Of a stretch of 64,000 nucleotides of DNA, positions 55,001 through 64,000 are shown piece by piece. The DNA is from Lytechinus pictus. Its lineage: Eukaryota. The stretch covers positions 13,518,001 through 13,582,000 of the forward strand of contig NC_087263.1 of assembly GCF_037042905.1 (NCBI RefSeq), given 5' to 3'. The translations under genes and the position numbers were made by a program. A model generated the notes under the pieces. It saw only the letters and a list, made by a program, of their open reading frames with translations. It searched no databases and was not told the DNA's origin. The first letter of the stretch is position 1, and each line of letters starts with the position of its first letter.

Positions 55001-55314
55001 AGTTTAGCAGTTGTAATACTTCATTCTATTTTACTTATTCGGGCAAATACAAAACAAATATGTCATCAAATCAACTACAGATAAATAATAAAACTTATAC
55101 AATAGTAACAACAGCTTGTATGGAAATGACCGATCCACTGAGGACTATTACGTAACTTCTATTTTCATATTAAGGTCTGGAGGAACTACTTGTTGGAAGT
55201 TGTGCATCCACTTCATTTGTTTGTGATATCTTCCCAACGACCGTCCTCGGGATGCACGAATGTCAAGTTAAATTAATTTATACAGTTCATCTCACTTCAT
55301 ATTATTTCACTTAC

Positions 55315-55497
55315 CCTGACATTCGGGAAATGGTTCAGAGAAATATCCGGTGCTTGTGCAGTTAACAGATGATGGCCCTCTCAGTTCATAACCAGTTTGA
55401 CAAGAAAAGGTGCATTCTTGACTGTAGTTTACTGGAAATCCATTTTCACACGATGAAAGTAAGGGGTCTTCTATCGATGATACGTTGCATGTTACAA
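55315..55497 (-). CDS. R1 CCP exon B, VTCNVSSIEDPLLSSCENGFPVNYSQECTFSCQTGYELRGPSSVNCTSTGYFSEPFPECQ
   Basis: 183 nt, aataag acceptor, G|GTAAGT donor, sushi motif CxFxCxxGYxLxG...C...G.F..P.PxC. Confidence 0.9.
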
Positions 55498-56455
55498 CTT
55501 ATTTAACAACAAAAAAGAAAGAAGTAATAAACAAATATATTCTGTCAAAAAGAGTGTTTGTTGTAAATTTCTTCTGATTATTGATATTGGAATATAGTAG
55601 GAACTCTTGAAGTGCATTATGTGAAGTGATTGAGCTGTTCCTTTTCTTTGATATTCCCGACAGTCCCCCCCCCCCCCCCCGCAAGAACGTAAAAGTTCGT
55701 TCAGGATTTGCACATGGTGTCACGCGCGTAAATGGCACTTTCGAAAAATTCTTTAAAAAATAAACGTAAAATTAGAGGGTCGAATGTTTACTACCAATGG
55801 AGAGGATATATATCTGACATTCCATATCTGACCAGGGAAGGGTATCGTAGCCAGCTCATTTTAAAAATCAATCGCCATTTATGAAGATAACTATGATGGG
55901 ATCAAATTTATCAACTGAAACAGTAAAATAGCCCTAATTCTTTCGCCAGTCAAAAAATAGTTCCAAAGTCATTGATATATCTTCTCAATTTGGGCAAAAG
56001 AAGTTCAGTAGTTACCATTTCTATAATCAGTGTTAGATTTTCAATTATATTCATACACTTTTGTCAATCAGCAATATCAAATTGAAAAAAAAAATCGAAT
56101 GGGTTGGGTCGAACGAATATCTTTAGCCGTCCTGTTGTAATTAGGCTCATGATACCACATGGGTTTCCTGCACGCCATCAACGGCCGAGTAGCTCGGCAT
56201 GGGAGGATTACCATAATGCGCTCAAGTAGGCTGTGAGACATAGACATACTACTAAAATCGCTATAAGGGGTCTAATTTCACGAAATTTAGGAGGCACCTT
56301 TGGTGCGTGTTACGGGGCCCTCGCTCCCCCCCACCTTAAACATTTTCTGGATCCGCCCCTTGATTATTCCATTTCCTTGAAAGTCCCAACAGTTTCCACA
56401 ACGTGCAGGAACGAAAAAGCATAGCAATTGAAACACTTCTTTTTATTTTACTTAC

Positions 56456-56650
56456 TCTCGCATTCGGGAAATGGTTCCGAGAAATGTCCAGTGCTTGTGC
56501 AGACCACAGATGATGGCCCAGTTAGCTTATGACTAGTTTGACAAGAAAAGTTGCATTCTTGACTGTAGTTTGCTGGAACTCCATTTTCACAGGAAGAAAG
56601 TAAGGGTACTTCTATCCCTGATACGTTGCACGTTACATTTTGGCCTACAA
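56456..56650 (-). CDS. R1 CCP exon A, VGQNVTCNVSGIEVPLLSSCENGVPANYSQECNFSCQTSHKLTGPSSVVCTSTGHFSEPFPECE
   Basis: 195 nt, aataag acceptor, GTAAGT donor, sushi Cys pattern. Confidence 0.9.
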
Positions 56651-58789
56651 CTTATTTAAATAAAGAAAAGGAGAGCATCAACACATCATTCATCACTGAC
56701 ATTTGAAAATGCGTTTGTTAAGTACTTTCACTCCTACATGCTGATTCGTCTAAATAACATCAAACATATAGACCTATTCTTACTATTTTTGCGATGTTTA
56801 AAATGAAACGCCTACTGAAGCAAATTTACTATTCCAAGACGACAATTGCCACCTTTCGCGAATCTCAGGGACGGTAACATTAGGGTCCCGTGACACACAG
56901 GTTAACAATTAATCGTACGACACTAGATTTTCACAATTGATTGAACATTGTAGTCAATAGAATCAATTGTAGAAAATTGTTTCTGTTACGGACCCTAGAT
57001 CTGCGTTTCGTGTGCAAAATTCATTCATGCGACACCATGCATGCCTTTCGCAAGTTCTGAGACTAGAAAATCCCGTGCTTTCACATACATACGACTGGTC
57101 ATGACAGCATGCCCGCCTGACCCTGGAATTGTACTCCTGCCGCTGGGCTGGAGATATAAGAAACACTTCGCGTACATGCCTACATGGTGTATTATGACAT
57201 GAATAAGAAAATGGTTTTTCAAACAAATTGAGTACATATTAAGTGAGGAAAAATATTATTGAATTAAGGCGGACACCTACCCCTTAAAAACACTTAAAAG
57301 TACTCGAAAAGGTCAAGCGCGTACAAAGTTCCACATTTTATTCTCCTGCGTGTTGTTTCTTACGTATTGGTATGCATGTTACAAATGTAGTACTTTCAAG
57401 GGCGCAGGGTGGTTTGAGCATGGGGAGGTGGAACTAAAGCGGTATGGGGGTGCACCAGTGGCGTATCTAGGGCAAATGGCGCCCGCGGCAAGTGCTAAAA
57501 TCGCGCACTTATATATTTCTACGCTAAATAAAGACATGACAAGTCAAGGCATACTATTAATGCGAGTGCGAATATTTTTCAATATCAAGACGTTAAGATG
57601 GAATATGCTAAGTAAATTCTTTTTAAAATGATATAACATGATTCGTATTTAACTAAACAACGAATGCGAAGCGCGAGCTGAAAAATATTAGAATTTAGAC
57701 CTGAAATCGGAAAATTTTAGGGCGAAGTAATCCCACGATGCGTATCTAACTTAGCAATTAATGCAAGCACGAGGGTTCAGCTGAAAAACTTAAACTTGAA
57801 AGGAAAAAGGTTTAAGTACTATATGTAAGAATTCATGAAAGGGATCCGTATCTCATCAGCGTAGCGCGAAGCGCGAGCTAATTTTTTTCATATCCTCACC
57901 TAAAAAGGGAAATTGTCATAATTGTTTGTAAAAGTCAATGAAGAGGATTTGTATTTCCAATATCAAATCAGAGCGTGATGAAGAAAAAAATTATATTTCA
58001 GAACTGTTTGTAAGAATTACTAAAGAGTAACGTATCAAAATGCACACCTGTTGCTAGAGATGAAAATTTATGATATTTGCTCTTGAAAAGAAATATTTTA
58101 AGGACAGTTTGTTAGAATTTTTGAAGAGAATAAGTATGTAACTAATCAAAAGTTGGCACAAATATTCATCCCTGAGTAAAGACATGTATTTTCTAAATGT
58201 GTTGAAAACTAAATTACCATGGTAATGCATCTATTCCTATGTTTTCTTTCTTCATTCTTGTGTTTTCTTTTTCTTTCTTTGCGTCCCCTGAAAGTGGCGC
58301 CTGGGGCACGTGCCCCCCTTGTCCCCCGCTAGATACGCCACTGGCCGGTGCACATCTTGGGGAGGTGGAACTAAAGTTTGAAAAATCAGCTGTTGAAAGC
58401 AGAAGAAGGGTTACAAATTTCGTTTTGCTTGCCAGTGTCGGAGCTCCTCTACCAAAACAGGAGGGTGCACGTGCGATCAAGAAACTCCTGTGTAGAGCGT
58501 TTTGGCCCAGTGGATTAGTCTCCAGACATTGGAATAGAGGGTCGTACGTTCGAATCCCAGCCATGGCGTCATTTCCTTCAGCAAGATATTGATGGTCATT
58601 GTGCTGCACTCAATAGGAAATGTTAATGGGTACATGGCAGCGAGTTATTCCTTGAAACGCTTGAGCGCGGAACAGTATACCTCTGCTTAAACAGGGTTAA
58701 TTATGCTCCATTTATTGTAGAGCGCTTAGAGACATGATATTAGGCGCTATGTAATCGAGTACAATTAATACTAAATATTAAAAACTTAC

Positions 58790-58897
58790 CACCGTATGAA
58801 AGCTTTGGAACGTCGAAGGACGGAGGAGATGCATTGCAGTTAGACGATTGTCCGTTACTGAAACACACACTCTCGTGGGGTGCTGTTATAAATATGT
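58790..58897 (-). CDS. R1 linker exon L, YIFITAPHESVCFSNGQSSNCNASPPSFDVPKLSYG (2-Cys variant)
   Basis: 108 nt, ttttag acceptor, G|GTAAGT donor, phase 1-1. Confidence 0.82.
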
Positions 58898-59506
58898 CTA
58901 AAAGGAAACAAGAATGGTGTGTTCTGGTTGATTTTTTTATGTTTAATCTTTTATTTTATTGCTAAGATTGGGCAGTACACTGTAACCAAATATTGGGTAG
59001 AATTTTAACCAGCACGAGGGTGATCATGTGTCCAACCAATTTTGGACAGTATTTTACCCAATGCAGGAAGCATATTGTCCAGTAATGTTAAACAATAAGC
59101 AACAATTACTTTAGAATGGGCAAAATATTAATCACACTGGATAAATTAAAATGCCCAAAACAAATTCTCAATGTTGGTTGGACCCATTATTACCCCCATG
59201 GAGCATTTTTACACAATATTTTTAGAGTGTACTGTATACATGGTATGAGCAGCCATAAACAACGTACCTCGTGAAACGAACAAAAACCTCAAATGATGAA
59301 AAGTTAAATCCAAAGGGCATTCAAGGAGAAATATATTGATTATGAATATGGCCTTATTATATATCAGTGGAAAGGTAATGATGTGGGATTCATCATTTGG
59401 TCATTAAAAGAATAACGAAAATAATACATAAGGTGGAAATCGCCAATTAAAAAGCGCTAAAATGCCTCTCCGAAATATGCCTCGCATCGGCGTCTGAATT
59501 GCCTCG

Positions 59507-61081
59507 ATGACGTGTATGTGTGTACGAGAGACGTGATTGATTCTCCCACGTCAAGCTGCACTTACTTGAAAATTGTGTTGCGAGGGTCCGTTTTCTACAC
59601 ACTGTCACTAAATACTTCGATCACGAAATGAAAGAAAACCCAGAAGTCTAAATTTGGATTTTGAAATTGATGATTTTGAAGATGAAGAGATCAATGATGA
59701 AGTTTCTAGCTCTACTGAGCAAAAAAGTGACGTGGATGAAGGTAAATGAAGGGAATTACGCCGGTGATGATGAATCGGACAATTCAACTTGCATGCCGAT
59801 TCGCTACCAACTCATGCAGCTGCTAGCTGCACCGCGGGTCAAATCATGGAAATGAATTTCAATATGACCACATCCAGACAGAGTCTCTTCCCTCTATCAA
59901 CAATAAGTAAAAATATCTGAACTTAATAATTTCTGAAGGCAAATCAACTTGCGAATAAGTGCAGACGATATGCACTATTGATGAACTTCACGGGGCTGGA
60001 ATAGATTCTTACTCGTTCTCTTAGATCAAATTTCGATCTTATTATTTTGTTTAAATTACGACACTCGGGGATTTTTTTTTCATGTAAAATTATAGTAACA
60101 CGTATAATTATTTTTCTTATTACGATAAAACCCTTTTTTGAAGCAAATAGTTGAGGTAAATCAAGATTAGAAGTAAAAGATCATCCGCAACATGCATAGC
60201 TCGCATGCGATTGTAAGCAAACCATCACAAACACGGGGCTAGCTTGGTCGCCTTACTGATTGAGAGCTGTGCAGCACTTGCATCTAGTCTCTGAGCCAGC
60301 GCCAAGGCGAGCAAGCTGGCTCTGTTTTGAAGGTTTGTTTACAATGGCATGCGAGCTAGGCATGTTGCAGATGATCTTTTACATCCAATTTAAATTTACC
60401 TCAACTTTTTGCTTCAAAAGAGGTTTTATCGTAATTTAAAAAATAGTACCAGGTGTTACTATATTTTTATATAGAAAAATAATTCCCCGAGTTTCGTAAT
60501 TTTGTCAAATGATATATGAATTTTATTTAACAGAACGAGTGACAAACTTTCCCAGCCACGTGAAGTTCATCGTCGGTGCATATCGTCTGCTGCTATTCGT
60601 TGAGTTGATTTGCCTTCAGGTTCGGATATATATTATTCACTTGTTTGTAAGTACAGTTATATCATTATTTTCCTTCTTTAGAGTAAATTTTGTTGATAGA
60701 GGGAAGAGACTCTGTCTTGATGTGGTCATGCTGTAATTCATTTTCATGAATTTTTTTTTGGCCCGCGGTGCAGCTAGCAGCTGCATGAGTTGGTAGCGAA
60801 TCGGCATGCAAGTTGAATTGTCCGACTCATCACCATCGGCGTAATTCCCTTAATTTACCTCCATCCACGTCACTTTGTTGTTCACTAGAGCTAGAAACTT
60901 CATCATCATTCTCTTCATCTTCCAAATCCAAATCTAGATAAACTTCTGGGTTTACTTCATTTCGTGATCGAAATATTCAGTGACAGTGTGGAGAAAACGT
61001 ACAAACGCAACAGGTTTTGCATGCAAGTGGAGCTTGACGTGGGAAAGCCAATCGCGTCTCTCGTACACTCATGCACGTCAT
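59507..61081. repeat. ~1.6-kb imperfect palindrome (foldback element)
   Basis: The stretch ~59775-59838 is the reverse complement of ~60762-60825; termini atgacgtgtatgtgtgtacgagagac / gtctctcgtacactcatgcacgtcat; centre near 60275. Confidence 0.92.
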
Positions 61082-61533
61082 AAAAAACTCAAATTTCGCG
61101 GACGTAATTCTGCGTGTTTGAAGAATTCAGAGAGAGAACCTTAAACTATCAATTATCTGAGTTTAATCGGTCTCCATGATAAATGATGTACACCACCGTG
61201 TTCTTCTTATTTTTTCCTTTAATTTGATATATAATTCTCCATTTTTAGGATTTTCAATATATTTCTACTTTAAGTAAAATTAAAAACAGGCCATTAACTA
61301 ATAAACAAATGACAAATATGTATAATATGGAAGTTCAATTTCATTGTATTCCATTCTTAGTTTATCAGATGGAACTCGGTATCTTATAGCACAAAATAAT
61401 GAAATAGGCTCTCTCAAAATAATAATATATAGCATATATATATATGTATATATATATATATTGTCAAAAAGGGTCCATTGTTTTAATAATTAAATGCGTG
61501 TGTGGGTAGATTGTGGGTGTGTGTATCATTGTT

Positions 61534-61747
61534 CAAGGGTGAAAATCTCTCCCCAAAAGTAGGGGGATCAGGGGCTGGAAAATTTGACAAGCAAAGAAAA
61601 ATAGGGGAATCACCCCAAAAGTAAGATCATCTCGTCCAAAACACATGTTTTTTTTCGATTTTGATTGATGTATTTCTTTCCATCATAAATGTGTCCCCCC
61701 ACCTATTTTGGGTAGGGGGACAAGTCCCCCTGGGATTTCCGCCCATG
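61534..61747. mobile_element. Degenerate MITE beside the signal-exon donor
   Basis: CAAGGGTGAAAATCTC...GGGATTTCCGCCCATG imperfect TIRs; flanks tcattgtt and taattgtg. Confidence 0.5.
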
Positions 61748-61763
61748 TAATTGTGTAACTTAC

Positions 61764-61827
61764 AGCTCTGAGAGGTAACTGCCAGGATCATGGTTATAAA
61801 ACCAATAAGGGCCCAGTGATCCTCCAT
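61764..61827 (-). CDS. First coding exon, signal peptide MEDHWALIGFITMILAVTSQS; exon begins at 61836 with 9 nt of 5' UTR
   Basis: Polypyrimidine tract and ctatag acceptor before 61836; ATG at 61827; hydrophobic core; phase-1 donor T|GTAAGT matching the phase-1 linker exon. Confidence 0.85.
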
Positions 61828-62076
61828 TCCTTTAATCTATAGCAGGATAGCAGGAAAAATAAAAGAAAAGGAGAATTTTTTTTGACTGCTTTGAATAAAA
61901 ATCGATTCCACATCATACCAAATGATATAAAGGTTGATATGCTAACAAATTGAATCTGGGAAAATTAGAAGTAATGAAATATGAACACATCATTTTCATT
62001 ATGGAGATGTTGAGAACCTGCATCCACGAGTGATCATTTCATTCATTTTTGTAACGACCATGTCATGCATGTGCTG

Positions 62077-62429
62077 CAGAGTTACCAAGTCTCACGCATC
62101 CAGGGTCCGTCTCACGATCTCACGCATGGCACCCATTTTTCTCACGCATCGGGACCCGACAGAAAAAAAAGAGAAAAGTAGCATTATTCGCTAGATAATA
62201 CGCACTGGCCGACCGCCTTCGCACGCCGTCGCGTCTACCCCGGCACGCGAGACGAATCGAGAGTGCAGTCAGCGCACAGCTAGTACGTGATACGATGAAT
62301 AGCGTGCGTGTATCGCATGGTTTTGTAGTATGGATCGATATCATGATGAAGCCCATATCTCGCGTGCACGCAGAGACGCCGAGTCATGAAAATCTCACGC
62401 ATAACATTTTTTTTAACTTGGCATCTCTG
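62077..62429. mobile_element. MITE with 6-bp direct flank GTGCTG
   Basis: GTGCTG|CAGAGTTACCAAGT...AACTTGGCATCTCTG|GTGCTG; internal ctcacgcat subrepeats. Confidence 0.75.
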
Positions 62430-63163
62430 GTGCTGTTTCCATTTTCACTTTTGATTTTTTTTTTCCGTTATCATCTTGACTGGAATCAAAATGAATAAAT
62501 AAAGGTACATTGCCAATATATGTAACCCCCCCCCCCCGAAAATGACATGGGCGTTCAGGTGCATTGTCCCATATGCCCCGGGGCGGCCCTTAGAGTCGCG
62601 ATAATGAAAGGAAGAAGAACTACATCTTTATGAGTATTACTGTCGTAGTAGAGTTGTTAATGCGATCAAACCTTTTAGATTAAAACCCAAGGAACAAGCT
62701 GCACTAGTGCAAATAATTTTTAATATTGCCTTTGTAAATCATTTTTAATCTTCAATCCTTATTTTTTAATCTTCAATCTGATTGGCTCATTACAAAAGTA
62801 AATCTAAACCAATTATATTCATGTGATGTGCAATATAGGCCTTTAACTTAGCTGCATAAAATTCACATAAAATAATGGTTTGACCAGTTTACATGCGAGT
62901 AATTATGACCATGAATGGAGTATTTTATGTTACAAGCAATGTTACATTTATAAAATACAAATTTTGAGAAGAAAACAAGTGTACAAATAACTTGCCACTG
63001 CTCGCCATTTAATTCCATACGAGGCATCAAAACACATAGGCAATATGCCTAAGGTAATGAACATCAACACAATCTGAATAATGTCGTGAGACATAACAAA
63101 AGACTACATATGCATTAGAACTGTGGCATACTGAAAGATATGGTCACGTGAACACCAGGAGGG

Positions 63164-63475
63164 TAATAATAATAATAATAATATACAGTTCTTGTATAGC
63201 GCATATCACAATTATGAATAATGTCTCTATGTGCTTCCAAAGGACTTGGATATTATTACCCCAGCTGTAGCTTGGCAGCCGTAATTACTAAGATTACAGC
63301 GCACACGCATTTCAAGGAATAAATTCCTGTCAGGTACCCATTCAGCTCACCTGAGTTGAGTGCAGCACAATGTGGATACATTTTTGGCCGAAGGAAATTA
63401 CGCTATGGCTGGGATTCGAACCCACGACCCTCTGTTTCAAAGTCCGGAGACTAATCCACTGTGCCACAACGCTCC
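63164..63475 (-). mobile_element. tRNA-derived SINE, near full length
   Basis: GGAGCGTTGTGGCACAGTGGATTAGTCTCCGGACTTTGAAACAGAGGGTCGTGGGTTCGAATCCC head and (TAT)n tail. Confidence 0.9.
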
Positions 63476-64000
63476 ACGGTAGTAACTCCTCCCTGGGGCT
63501 GTTGATCACGTGACCCACCCGCAGGATAGTAGTTCCCACGGGTATTTCCCTTAAATCTTGGTAATCAACATCCTTGGAGCATATACTTTGATATTAATAT
63601 TGGTGATCTGTCAGCTTTCAAACAATTTGTTTCTGAACACAAACCTTCTTCATATTGTATAAGGCTATCCTTTCATGCTTCTCCTTACCATTTACGTATA
63701 ACAACCAAAATTAGCCACATTACGTACTATGCTTCCTTAAGTCTGAAAATACATATGACATGTATATACATATATCCATACTATGATTGTCTCCGCAACC
63801 ATGTTGTATCTGTGTATGCCCTCTTGATAAACGCTGTAATTGCCCGCCCAACCTTCCAACCTTATGCAGGCCAAAGAGTTACCTTCAGATATCCCGTGCT
63901 CCTAATTTCCAACAAAAAATCAATATCTCTACCAACCTCCCAACCATGCTGACATAATTATGCCCAACCTTCCAACCATAATGTTTTGTCTCACAGAAGC

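Larger units (their letters stand above)
2599..59565. repeat. Intragenic tandem array of ~4.8-kb units (10 complete plus 1 partial)
   Basis: Unit junction cacttac|aacttattg recurs at 6159, 10941, 16334, 25218, 30894, 34906, 39706, 44992, 49750 and 54575; parental state at 59565. Periods are 4012-8884 bp, with departures from ~4.8 kb explained by indels listed below. Confidence 0.98.
3023..61836 (-). other. Multi-exon gene (3'-partial) for a large secreted or surface glycoprotein: signal peptide plus (linker-CCP-CCP)x11
   Basis: 32 exons with AG acceptors and GTAAGT donors, all phase 1, splice into one open frame (64 + 11x108 + 10x195 + 10x183 = 5032 coding nt). Confidence 0.88.

Noticed and set aside
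2599..59565. Array of independent small genes, rDNA/histone-type cluster, or CRISPR array
   Set aside because: Units have no start or stop exon and only one signal exon exists; no rRNA or histone similarity; no short repeat-spacer structure; sequence is eukaryotic
3023..61836. Assigning a gene symbol such as a selectin, SVEP1 or CR1
   Set aside because: No lectin, EGF or vWA domain follows the signal peptide; the architecture does not match and the C-terminus is not visible
63680..64000. Possible 5' UTR exon donor (G|GTAAGG near 63688), promoter, and short ccaaccttccaacc repeats
   Set aside because: No independent support; transcription start cannot be located from sequence alone

Overview
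Eukaryotic, AT-rich, intron-rich DNA; the repeat repertoire looks sea-urchin/echinoderm-like (inference, not proven). About 57 kb (2599-59565) is an intragenic tandem array of ~4.8-kb units inside one minus-strand gene that the ORF track almost entirely misses. The gene starts with a signal-peptide exon (ATG at 61827, MEDHWALIGFITMILAVTSQS). It continues through 11 repeats (R1 rightmost/N-terminal to R11 leftmost) of three phase-1 exons: a 108-nt Cys/Pro linker exon (L), a 195-nt sushi/CCP exon (A) and a 183-nt sushi/CCP exon (B). The CCPs have six Cys, F in place of the canonical W, and many N-glycosylation sequons. All 31 repeat exons in the window keep their length and GT-AG sites and, by manual translation, have no stop; together with the signal exon they give ~1677 codons. 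R6 lacks exon A, and the 3' end of the gene lies left of the window. The duplication breakpoint joins a truncated CCP exon start to the arm of a ~1.6-kb foldback element via a GTAA microhomology. Introns contain two CR1/L2-group LINEs (one with an open ORF2), tRNA-derived SINEs, a three-level nested insertion, and many fixed or unit-specific MITEs that record unequal crossing-over. Most short ORFs in the supplied track are spurious.
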